64,000 nt of DNA from an uncultured Lachnospiraceae bacterium (GTDB lineage Bacteria > Bacillota > Clostridia > Lachnospirales > Lachnospiraceae). This document shows, piece after piece, positions 38,206-46,603 of this stretch (the first letter of the stretch is position 1; each line of letters begins with the position of its first letter). A model generated the notes under the pieces. That model searched no databases. It was not told the DNA's origin and saw only the letters and a list, made by a program, of their open reading frames with translations. The position numbers were made by a program, and so were the translations under genes. Where the stretch lies: contig CAMUAR010000002.1 in assembly GCA_947086895.1 (NCBI GenBank), forward strand, positions 45,253-109,252. Direction: 5' to 3'.

Positions 38206-40809
38206 TCAAACTCGTTCTACATAAGCTCTGATACTGGAAGCGTTTGCATACAACTGCGTATGTCCTTCGGATATCACGGCAAGCGTCGGCGCCTGCTGAA
38301 TATCAAGCCCTCTTGCAAGTTCTGGATTTTCCTGCGCGTCAACAACAATATAATCCATCCCTTCCAGATAACTTTTCGCCTGCCGACAGTTCGGGCAAGT
38401 CTTTGTTGTAAACAGATAAGTCCCATCTGGAAGCCCGCAATCATTCTTTAAATCCAGTTTGAATAAATCCGCTCTCTTGTTTTGATCCAGCAGACGGGAT
38501 AATTCCGACATCTCTTTTGGTTCCAACAAACTGGACAAATCCGGCATCTCAGATATCCCTTTTGATTCCAGCAGACGGGATAATTCCGACATCTCTTTTG
38601 GTTCCAGCAAACTGGACAAATCCGGCATCTCGGATATCCCTTTTGATTCCAGCAGACGGGATAGTTTCAACATCTCTTTTGATTCTGACTGTTCTGTCAT
38701 CTTTTGTTCTTTTATAGTTTCCCATGACATTTTGCGGGATTCCTCAAGATTATAAGTTTTTCGGTTTTTATATTCCTGCGTTTTTCCAGCGTTCCAGTTT
38801 TGCACCGGGCGGTAATATCCGGTAATTCTGCTGTAAACTTCCGTTTTTTCCCCGCATTCAGGGCATTGATATACTTCCCCGCTCAAATAGCCATGATTCC
38901 TGCATACCGAGTATGTCGGAGACATAGTATAATACGGAAGCTTGTAGTTTGAAGCGATCGTGCGAACCAGCTTTGCTGCTGCCTGCCAGTCCACAAGCTT
39001 CTCGCCAAGAAATGCATGAAACACCGTTCCAGACGTGTACAAAGTCTGAAGTTCATCCTGAACATCCAACGCCTCAAAAATATCCGCTGTAAAATCCACC
39101 GGAAGGTGAGAACTGTTTGTATAATACGGCGTATCGCCCTTGTTTCCCGCCGTTTTAATATCCGGCCACCGGTCTCTGTCATGCTTTGCAAGGCGGTAGC
39201 TTGTGGATTCTGCCGGGGTCGCTTCAAGGTTGTACAGATCGCCATACTGCTCCTGATAATCGCTTAGGCGTTCTCTCATATGGTTTAATACCTTAACCGA
39301 AAACCGCTGTGTCGCTGGCTCTTCCATTCCTTTTCCAAGCCACTTCGCATTCAATCCAACCTCATTCATCCCGACAATCCCGATTGTTGAAAAATGATTG
39401 TCAAACGTTCCAAGATAGCGTTTTGTATATGGGTATAATCCCTCTTTTAAAAGTTTTGTAATCACCGTGCGCTTTACTTTTAAGGAGCGCGCTGCAACAT
39501 CCATTGTATGGTCAAGCCGGTTGAAAAAATCGCTCTCGTTCGCCGCAAGGTATGCAATACGCGGCATATTGATTGTAACAACGCCTACAGAACCCGTACT
39601 TTCGCCGCTTCCAAAAAAACCGCCTGTCTTTTTGCGCAGTTCCCGCAGGTCAAGGCGCAGCCTGCAGCACATAGAGCGCACGTCGCTCGGCTTCATATCA
39701 CTGTTGATATAATTGGAAAAGTAAGGAGTTCCATACTTGGCGGTCATCTCGAAAAGAAGCCTGTTATTTTCTGTGTCAGACCAGTCAAAATCTCTTGTGA
39801 TGGAATAAGTTGGAATCGGATATTGAAAGCCGCGACCATTCGCATCGCCTTCAATCATAATTTCAATAAACGCTTTGTTTACCATATCCATCTCAGCTTT
39901 GCAATCTTTATATTGAAAATCGACCTCTCTGCCCCCGACAATACAATTCAGCTCTGCCAAATCATCAGGAACTGTCCAGTCAAGAGTAATATTGGAAAAC
40001 GGAGCCTGTGTTCCCCAGCGGCTCGGCGTATTTACACCGTAGACAAAACATTGGATGCATTGCTTTACTTCGTCATAATTCAGCTTGTCCACTTTGACAA
40101 AAGGCGCTAAGTAAGTGTCAAACGATGAAAAAGCCTGTGCGCCTGCCCACTCGTTCTGCATAATGCCAAGAAAATTTACCATCTGATTGCAGAGCGTGGA
40201 AAGATGTTTTGCCGGGGCGGATGTAATCTTTCCCGGAATGCCGCCAAGCCCTTCTTTGATCAGTTGTTTTAACGACCAGCCCGCACAGTATCCTGTCAGC
40301 ATCGACAAATCATGAATATGAATATCTGCATTTCGGTGCGCATTCGCAACCTCTTCATCATAAATTTCAGAAAGCCAGTAATTTGCTGTAACAGACCCTG
40401 AATTGTGCAGAATTAAGCCCCCAACGGAATAAGTGACGGTCGAATTCTCCTTGACCCGCCAGTCCTCCTCGCGCACGTAACTGTCAACAATCTCCTTGTA
40501 ATCGAGTATCGTAGATTTCATATTGCGGATTTTCTCACGGTTTTTGCGGCACAAAATATAAGCTTTGGCAACATCCGTATATCCCGATTGTTCCAACGTA
40601 TGTTCCACACTGTCCTGAACATCCTCCACGCTGACCGACTTGTCTTTTATCTTCCCCTGAAAATCTGCGGTTACCCGCAGCGCCAAAAGATCGATCATCT
40701 CCTCATCATAAAACTTTTTTGCTGCCTGAAATGCCTTTTTGATGGCGGCGCTGATTTTTGAAAGATGAAATTCTGCAATCTCGCCATCCCGCTTAATTAC
40801 CTGGATCAT
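38206..40809 (-). CDS. nrdD: Anaerobic ribonucleoside-triphosphate reductase (class III) fused through a repeat linker to a C-terminal thioredoxin/glutaredoxin-fold CxxC domain
   Basis: ATP-cone start MIQVIKRDGEIAEF... at ATG 40809 (GAAGGGAAGGGA RBS). Zn-ribbon CPECG. Glycyl-radical end SRITGYYRPVQNWNAGK. Then about 2.6 copies of a 27-aa repeat and the domain ...YLFTTKTCPNCRQAKSYL... Confidence 0.9.
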   Translation of the reverse strand: MIQVIKRDGEIAEFHLSKISAAIKKAFQAAKKFYDEEMIDLLALRVTADFQGKIKDKSVSVEDVQDSVEHTLEQSGYTDVAKAYILCRKNREKIRNMKSTILDYKEIVDSYVREEDWRVKENSTVTYSVGGLILHNSGSVTANYWLSEIYDEEVANAHRNADIHIHDLSMLTGYCAGWSLKQLIKEGLGGIPGKITSAPAKHLSTLCNQMVNFLGIMQNEWAGAQAFSSFDTYLAPFVKVDKLNYDEVKQCIQCFVYGVNTPSRWGTQAPFSNITLDWTVPDDLAELNCIVGGREVDFQYKDCKAEMDMVNKAFIEIMIEGDANGRGFQYPIPTYSITRDFDWSDTENNRLLFEMTAKYGTPYFSNYINSDMKPSDVRSMCCRLRLDLRELRKKTGGFFGSGESTGSVGVVTINMPRIAYLAANESDFFNRLDHTMDVAARSLKVKRTVITKLLKEGLYPYTKRYLGTFDNHFSTIGIVGMNEVGLNAKWLGKGMEEPATQRFSVKVLNHMRERLSDYQEQYGDLYNLEATPAESTSYRLAKHDRDRWPDIKTAGNKGDTPYYTNSSHLPVDFTADIFEALDVQDELQTLYTSGTVFHAFLGEKLVDWQAAAKLVRTIASNYKLPYYTMSPTYSVCRNHGYLSGEVYQCPECGEKTEVYSRITGYYRPVQNWNAGKTQEYKNRKTYNLEESRKMSWETIKEQKMTEQSESKEMLKLSRLLESKGISEMPDLSSLLEPKEMSELSRLLESKGISEMPDLSSLLEPKEMSELSRLLDQNKRADLFKLDLKNDCGLPDGTYLFTTKTCPNCRQAKSYLEGMDYIVVDAQENPELARGLDIQQAPTLAVISEGHTQLYANASSIRAYVERV
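38480..38686 (-). repeat. 81-bp (27-aa) tandem repeat, about 2.6 copies, inside the nrdD 3' region
   Basis: CAGACGGGAT recurs at 38491, 38572 and 38653, a period of 81 bp. Units are nearly identical and encode LSRLLESKGISEMPDLSSLLEPKEMSE. Confidence 0.9.
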
Positions 40810-40938
40810 AGCATCCCTTCCCTTCTTTTCCTTACACGGCGCTATAGCGCGGTATTCTGCGCCTACAGCACTCCCCCTATCTTTTGCACTAACACCATTT
40901 TTATGGCAGGGTAGTGCGGTCGATATCCGTGCAACAAG

Positions 40939-40967
40939 ATTGTAGCAGATAATGCAAGTCCAGTCAA
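40939..40967 (-). promoter_or_regulatory. nrdD promoter (TTGACT - 17 nt - TACAAT)
   Basis: On the minus strand, TTGACT is at 40967..40962 and TACAAT at 40944..40939. The leader is about 130 nt. Confidence 0.55.
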
Positions 40968-40975
40968 GAAAAACT

Positions 40976-41020
40976 ACAACATATATTTGTTGTTTCAGAA
41001 TCGTATACAATATATTGTGT
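40976..41020 (-). promoter_or_regulatory. Two NrdR-box-like palindromes upstream of the nrdD promoter
   Basis: ACAACATATATTTGTTGT (40976..40993) and ATACAATATATTGTGT (41005..41020) resemble the NrdR box consensus acaCwAtATaTwGtgt. Confidence 0.55.
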
Positions 41021-41152
41021 TTTTTAGTCGGATTTTCATACATTCAAAATGAGTACACAACAAAATAAAAACGTAAATATTTTATAAATATATCACTTGT
41101 ATAATAATCCTTTCCAATCCGTGTATTACAACAATTTTATCTAATCAAAAAT

Positions 41153-42397
41153 TTATATTGAATAAAAAATTTCCTTTGGCACATAAGCTTTTATATGGAT
41201 TCCATCCTCCTGGTAATCCTCACAAATCAGCTGTCCAAATTTGTGTATCTTCTGGATTTTTCCGGCTTCCTGATAACCAATCACCTTTTCCACCAGGACA
41301 CGGCGGCTTGCAAGCTGTTCACGAATTGCCGAAAACAGACCTTCCAGCCCCTCCCCTGTCTTTGCCGACAGCTTAACAGACTGGTCGGCCTTTAAATCTT
41401 TGATTGTTCGTCCAGCTTCCGGCAAATCTTGCTTATTAAACACTGTAATCACCGGCTTATCCTTAATCCCTAACTGATACAATGTCTCGTAAACCACATG
41501 CATCTGTGTTTCCGCCTCATCATTTGCAGCGTCCACCACATGCAAGATCACATCCGAGTATTTTGCCTCCTCCAAAGTTGAGCGGAATGCGTCAACTAGA
41601 TGATGCGGCAGTTTGCGGATAAAACCGACCGTATCCGTAAGCAAAATCTCCTCCCCATTTTCAAGTTTTAAGTTTCTTGTCGTTGGATCCAGAGTCGCAA
41701 ACAGCTTGTCCTCAGACAAAACTTTGGCGTTGGTCAGACAGTTGAGCAGCGTTGATTTCCCCGCGTTGGTGTAACCCACAATCGCAAAAATCGGAATGGG
41801 ACTGCCAGAGCGCAGAGAGCGCGCCACTTCACGGTTTTTTTTCACCTCGGCAAGCTCTTTGTTCAGCTGAGAAATGCGCGTGCGAATCACTCTTCGATCT
41901 ACCTCAAGTTTTTTCTCGCCCGGTCCTCTCGTGCCAATTCCGCCGCCAAGTCTTGACAAATCGCTGTGCATTCCAACAAGTCTTGTCTGACGATATTTTA
42001 ACTGTGCTAACTCCACCTGTATTTTTCCTTCTTTTGTGACTGCATGCTGCGCAAAAATATCAAGAATCAGCATCGTTCGATCCATCACTTTGCAATCCAG
42101 ATAATTTTCCAGATTCTTCATCTGTGCCGGAGAAAGCTCGTCATCACAGATAATGCCAGTCGCTTTGGTCTCTCGAATTTGCTCTGCAACTTCCTCCATT
42201 TTCCCTTTTCCAATATACGTGCCTGGATGCGCGCTCTCGCGGTTTTGAATCACAATGCCGACGGTTACTGCTCCAGCTGTTTTTACAAGCTCCTGCAGTT
42301 CTCTGATCGACTCTTTGGTATCATCGTCCTCCGACACCTGCACGCCAACCAATAAAACCCGTTCTTCATCTTTTTTAATTTCATATAATTCCGGCAT
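41153..42397 (-). CDS. hflX: GTPase HflX
   Basis: G1 GYTNAGKST, G3 DTVGF, G4 NKQD, and an HflX-type N-terminal domain. Confidence 0.9.
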   Translation of the reverse strand: MPELYEIKKDEERVLLVGVQVSEDDDTKESIRELQELVKTAGAVTVGIVIQNRESAHPGTYIGKGKMEEVAEQIRETKATGIICDDELSPAQMKNLENYLDCKVMDRTMLILDIFAQHAVTKEGKIQVELAQLKYRQTRLVGMHSDLSRLGGGIGTRGPGEKKLEVDRRVIRTRISQLNKELAEVKKNREVARSLRSGSPIPIFAIVGYTNAGKSTLLNCLTNAKVLSEDKLFATLDPTTRNLKLENGEEILLTDTVGFIRKLPHHLVDAFRSTLEEAKYSDVILHVVDAANDEAETQMHVVYETLYQLGIKDKPVITVFNKQDLPEAGRTIKDLKADQSVKLSAKTGEGLEGLFSAIREQLASRRVLVEKVIGYQEAGKIQKIHKFGQLICEDYQEDGIHIKAYVPKEIFYSI

Positions 42398-42448
42398 AAT
42401 TTCTCGCTTTCTGCTTCTTTTATAAAATTTATTTTCTTATAGTATTTC

Positions 42449-43660
42449 TTACTTTTTTATAATTCGTTCTAAAAAAAGATATTCTTTTCTCGCTTCTTCA
42501 TACTCTTTATCTTCCTGCGTAATATAATCCTGCATATATTTTTTCATATAAAAGTATGCTTCCTCCCACATTCCCTGTTTTTCTAAAAGAACAATATACA
42601 GTTTGTCCTGCCCGCGCTGCCATGCTGCATCATTGACGGCAGCCAGCTTTTCATAATATTCCTTTGCTTCTTTTACCCGGTCAAGCCGAATATTTACAGC
42701 CGCCAGTTGGTAATACAGCTCTGCATTCTGTAAATCTGCATCGACAAGTTCCATCAAATAACCTTCCGCCGCCAAATCATCCCCTTTTTCGATACAAATT
42801 TGCGCCAGATAATAGCTTGTCTCCTGAAAGCCTTTTTCATGCAGCTCCAAAAATGTTTTTTCCGCTTTGTTGTAATCGCCGGAAGAAAATTCCACGATTG
42901 CTTTAGACAAAGTTTCCTGATCGTTTGTTGGAGTTATTTTTGACAATTCTGCAATTACTTCTTCTGCCTCCGTTGTCCTTCCAAGTTTCCTAAGCGCAAG
43001 CAGTTTGCCCAAGTGCGTTCCCATTCTATAATCGCCAGCCTGAATCGCCAGTTCAAACTCTTTTAGCGCCTCCTCGTACTGCTCTTGTTCTATATAGATG
43101 TCCGCCCGCATCCGGTATAAATCCATGGATTCTCCAAACTCAGCAAGCAATTGTTCGCAGAGCAAAAGCGCTTTGGAAAGCTCCCCGCTTTTCTGATAAT
43201 CCGAAAGCATTTTTGTATTTGCCTGTATTATGTAAGCTCGGATATCATCGTTATATTCCGCCAGCAAATCAATATTCAGCGCAGCGTAAAAACAGGACAG
43301 CGCCCGCTCCGCATTCCCCGCAAGATAGTATGCGATACCAGCTCCGCGGTATGCTTTTTTGTTGTTTTCCTGAACATTCTGAAATTCTTTGTCCAAAATA
43401 ACGCACTCAAAATTCTGCGCTGCTTCATCGTACCTTCCAAGTTCAATCAGCGAAAAACCATAATATAAATAATACTCTGCTTTATCCCCATTATTTTCCA
43501 TCGCCTCATAAAAATCCTTTGCCGCCTGCCGGTAATCCCCAGAATTATACGCCTCAATACCACGCTCATAATGTTCCTGTCCTGGGTCGAGAGAACAAGC
43601 GTTGAGAAAGACCAGTATTATGATTAAAAAACGGAGTATGTACCTGCTGTTCCATTTCAT
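42449..43660 (-). CDS. Tetratricopeptide-repeat lipoprotein
   Basis: Signal/lipobox ...ILVFLNAC, then multiple TPR-like helices (AxxxYxxA patterns). Confidence 0.75.
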   Translation of the reverse strand: MKWNSRYILRFLIIILVFLNACSLDPGQEHYERGIEAYNSGDYRQAAKDFYEAMENNGDKAEYYLYYGFSLIELGRYDEAAQNFECVILDKEFQNVQENNKKAYRGAGIAYYLAGNAERALSCFYAALNIDLLAEYNDDIRAYIIQANTKMLSDYQKSGELSKALLLCEQLLAEFGESMDLYRMRADIYIEQEQYEEALKEFELAIQAGDYRMGTHLGKLLALRKLGRTTEAEEVIAELSKITPTNDQETLSKAIVEFSSGDYNKAEKTFLELHEKGFQETSYYLAQICIEKGDDLAAEGYLMELVDADLQNAELYYQLAAVNIRLDRVKEAKEYYEKLAAVNDAAWQRGQDKLYIVLLEKQGMWEEAYFYMKKYMQDYITQEDKEYEEARKEYLFLERIIKK

Positions 43661-43795
43661 CTGCTGTCACCTCATAAGATACAATTTTATTCTACTGTGA
43701 TATTGTTTTTAATATCCCCTAAAACAATTTCCAGAGCTTCTGAAAAATTGGAGTGAAATCCATCTGTTTTTGCCCTTGTTAAACGGATACAACTT

Positions 43796-46312
43796 TTAAT
43801 TTTCGGGCATACTCTCAACCTCCAGCAGCCGGATTTTTGCCGCTTCTATCAGCGCTGTTTCCTCCACAGCCTTTTTATACTCTTTTCCAGACAGCCTGCG
43901 CAGTTTTCCAAACAACGCTGCTTTCTCGTTGTTATCCATCGGAAGCTTTGTAAGAGTTTTTCTTACGATTTCCGCTCTTTTTTCTTTCTGTTCCTGATTA
44001 TAATGCACAACAATCTCGTACACAACGCCCGGCATCGTATGGTCAATCACAACACTTACGCGCCCATTGTCGTCAACCTTAGCCGGGTATGGCGCGCCAT
44101 CCGCAAAAACCTCAACTTCCGCGGACAAAATATTGCAGAACCACAACTTATACTGCCGGGAACGAAGTTCGGATCGATTGTTCTGCTCTGCATTTTGTCC
44201 AAGCACTTTCTTTTCCTGATTGTCCGAATTCCCGTGAACTTTGTTTATTTCGTCTTTCTGATCGTTTGGAGCTGTTTCCTGCGGTAAAATCTCACTTGAA
44301 AATGTCACCCGCTGAATTCCTTTTTCCGACAATGATACAAATTTTGTTCTGTACCAGTTTTCTTCTTTATCCTGTTCAAAAAGTGAGTACTCCCCGTTTC
44401 CGCTCGCTGTATACACTTTCAGGCAATCTGGAACTTCCACATTGTTTGTATATTTTCTATCGTCCAGCACAAAAAAGCCGCCTTCTCTTAAAAATACCGG
44501 CATCTCTTCCATCCAGCGCATTATCTTAAACTCGGAACCTCCCTCATACTCCATACCAGTAAAGAGATCCGTCCATTTGCCTTCCGGCAGCCAGATTTTT
44601 AAAACTGTCATTCCCTGTTCTTTGCTTTTTTGCGTAACTGGCGCCACAAGCAGCTGCCCGCCAAACAAGTACTCGTTTCTGTACTGGTACGCTTCTTTAT
44701 TTTCCGCCCACTCATAGTACAGCGGCTCAATCAGCGCAAGCCCCTCCTTATTTGCCCGGCAGGACGCAGAAAATAAAAATGGAATCATCTTATGCCGCAG
44801 CCGCAGATACTGCGCCGCAATCAGCCCGCTGCCGTTGCTGTACGCCCAAGGTTCCTTTGTAAATGTCTCGGAATCTGTACTGTGCAGACGGTTGATCGGG
44901 CTAAATACTCCAAATTGCACAAACCGCACATAAAGCTCATCGTCCTTGCTTCCATACATATGTCCGCCAATATCGTGGCTCCACCAGCTATAACCTGCAT
45001 TGGATGCTGTCGCTGTAAAATAAGGCAGATAGTCAAGACTCTCCCATGTTACAAATGTATCACCAGAAAATCCAAGCGGATATCGATGCGAGCCGATTCC
45101 ACAGTACCTAGATAAAATCAGAGGAGAATGTTCCAGCCCATTGTCCAGGTAATGGTAATGATTTAACGCCCACAGAGGATCCAGCCCCGCAAGCCGTGAA
45201 TTACTGCCCTGCTGCCAGTCAATCCACCAAAAATCTACGCCGTCATGTTCCAACGGTTTATGAAGAATGCGGAAGTACGCATTGATAAAACGAGAATCCG
45301 CAATATCAAATGGAATCTGCTGTTCTGTCGCCGGATCAACCCCCATCGCTTCCGCCATTTCTGAATATTTGTCCTCAAAATACCGCACGCCGAGCGCCGG
45401 GTGCAAATTTAATGTCACATGCAAATTTTTCTCGTGCAGTTTTCTCAAAAAGCGCCGATAATCTGGAAACAGGCGCGTATTCCAGCTATATCCCGTCCAG
45501 CCGTCGTTTCCTCCGTGAAATTCATTATTTTTTCCCTGTTCTGTAATATTTTTTTCCTGATCCAATGTTTTTGACCAGTGCCAGTCCATATCTACAGTAG
45601 CTACGGTCAGCGGAATTTCCTGCTCTTCAAAATCGTTCATCACATGCAGATATTCTTTTTCTGTATAAGCGTGATATCTGCTCCACCAGTTGCCAAGCGC
45701 AAACCTTGGAATCAAAGGTGTCTGACCGCTGATTTGAAACAATGCTTTTACAGCTTCGCGGTAGTTATGCCCGTAAGCAAATACATAAATATCCTGCTCC
45801 GAAAAGTTTCTTATATTTAACGTCCCGCTTTCCTCAAGCACCAAAGATAAACGATCATCCAGCACTGCAACGCCGTTTTCTGATACTACCCCATTCTCTA
45901 AAACAATACGCTTTTTCTGACCTTCACAAATCCACCATTCCCCATCGCAGCAGTCCAACGTCCGGTATGTACCCTTTAAGTTTTTCGCATTATCAAGCGG
46001 TATCGAACACCCCTCCAAAATAACAAAGCTTTCTTCTATCGTCTCTTTTAAAACAAGTTTTGCCTCGCCTGTATCCACCGTCAAGCAATCTTGCTCTTTT
46101 TTTACGGTAAACGGTACTTTATCAAACTTTCGATACCAGACAGACTGTGTTGCTTGATCGCAAAAACGTCCTTTTTCTTCCTTCTCAATCCGAAATAATC
46201 TGTTTTTTAACACAGTAACTCGAAATTTTCCCCATACTACAATATTTTCCTCCAAAGCTTTTGGTTTTGTCGCCACAATAAAATGCTGATCTAACAAATA
46301 CTGCTCCGCCAT
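43796..46312 (-). CDS. Glycoside hydrolase family 31 protein
   Basis: GH31-like segments TVDMDWH and DGVDFWWIDWQQG. Start taken at ATG 46312 (GGAGGG RBS). Confidence 0.7.
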   Translation of the reverse strand: MAEQYLLDQHFIVATKPKALEENIVVWGKFRVTVLKNRLFRIEKEEKGRFCDQATQSVWYRKFDKVPFTVKKEQDCLTVDTGEAKLVLKETIEESFVILEGCSIPLDNAKNLKGTYRTLDCCDGEWWICEGQKKRIVLENGVVSENGVAVLDDRLSLVLEESGTLNIRNFSEQDIYVFAYGHNYREAVKALFQISGQTPLIPRFALGNWWSRYHAYTEKEYLHVMNDFEEQEIPLTVATVDMDWHWSKTLDQEKNITEQGKNNEFHGGNDGWTGYSWNTRLFPDYRRFLRKLHEKNLHVTLNLHPALGVRYFEDKYSEMAEAMGVDPATEQQIPFDIADSRFINAYFRILHKPLEHDGVDFWWIDWQQGSNSRLAGLDPLWALNHYHYLDNGLEHSPLILSRYCGIGSHRYPLGFSGDTFVTWESLDYLPYFTATASNAGYSWWSHDIGGHMYGSKDDELYVRFVQFGVFSPINRLHSTDSETFTKEPWAYSNGSGLIAAQYLRLRHKMIPFLFSASCRANKEGLALIEPLYYEWAENKEAYQYRNEYLFGGQLLVAPVTQKSKEQGMTVLKIWLPEGKWTDLFTGMEYEGGSEFKIMRWMEEMPVFLREGGFFVLDDRKYTNNVEVPDCLKVYTASGNGEYSLFEQDKEENWYRTKFVSLSEKGIQRVTFSSEILPQETAPNDQKDEINKVHGNSDNQEKKVLGQNAEQNNRSELRSRQYKLWFCNILSAEVEVFADGAPYPAKVDDNGRVSVVIDHTMPGVVYEIVVHYNQEQKEKRAEIVRKTLTKLPMDNNEKAALFGKLRRLSGKEYKKAVEETALIEAAKIRLLEVESMPEN

Positions 46313-46460
46313 AAAATCCCTCCATTCCGAGAACGTTTCCATATCCCCTTATTTCTATCTTCTTATTCTTCCTTATTATATCCAGATCACAGCAATCCCG
46401 CAAGCGAAAAAATTTTAACTTTTCCTTTTTCCTTTGACGCTGCTGGTGTGCGGTCTTTTT

Positions 46461-46556
46461 TGCACGGGTCTGGGCAATCGAGTAGAGAAGATTCCTCTTC
46501 TTCCTACTCGCGCGCCAGCGGCATAATTCCACTGCACGGGTCTGCGCATAAAAAAA
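46461..46556. repeat. Structured intergenic repeat element, copy at locus 1
   Basis: TGCACGGGTCTG (46461), a CGAGTAG...CTACTCG hairpin (46479..46510), then GCGCCAGCGGCATAATTCCACTGCACGGGTCTGCGCATAAAAA. The same module occurs twice at 53241..53422. Confidence 0.8.
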
Positions 46557-46584
46557 CGGTGCGGAATCCTGCAATTCCGCACCG
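46550..46584 (-). terminator. Rho-independent terminator of the htrA-like gene
   Basis: Stem CGGTGCGGAAT (46557..46567) pairs with ATTCCGCACCG (46574..46584), followed on the minus strand by T7. Confidence 0.8.
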
Positions 46585-46603
46585 CAAATAAAACTTAAAA
46601 TTT

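Noticed and set aside
38480-38686. Regularly spaced direct repeats that might suggest a CRISPR array
   Set aside because: The units are contiguous with no spacers, have an 81-bp period, lie in frame inside nrdD and encode a coherent 27-aa repeat.
40811-40938. Possible cobalamin or other riboswitch in the nrdD leader
   Set aside because: I found only generic stems and no B12-box-like or other signature riboswitch core. It is noted as a foldable leader only.
40810-41043. 78-codon N-terminal extension of nrdD in the ORF track (start at 41043)
   Set aside because: The extension runs through a good promoter and the NrdR-like boxes. The ATP-cone begins at MIQVIKRDG (ATG 40809) with a strong RBS.
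46185-46574. 129-aa ORF on the minus strand spanning the GH31 start and the intergenic repeat
   Set aside because: It overlaps the real GH31 5' end out of frame and runs through the repeat and hairpin element. The same repeat at 53201..53557 is read in a different frame, so the repeat is conserved at nucleotide level, not protein level.
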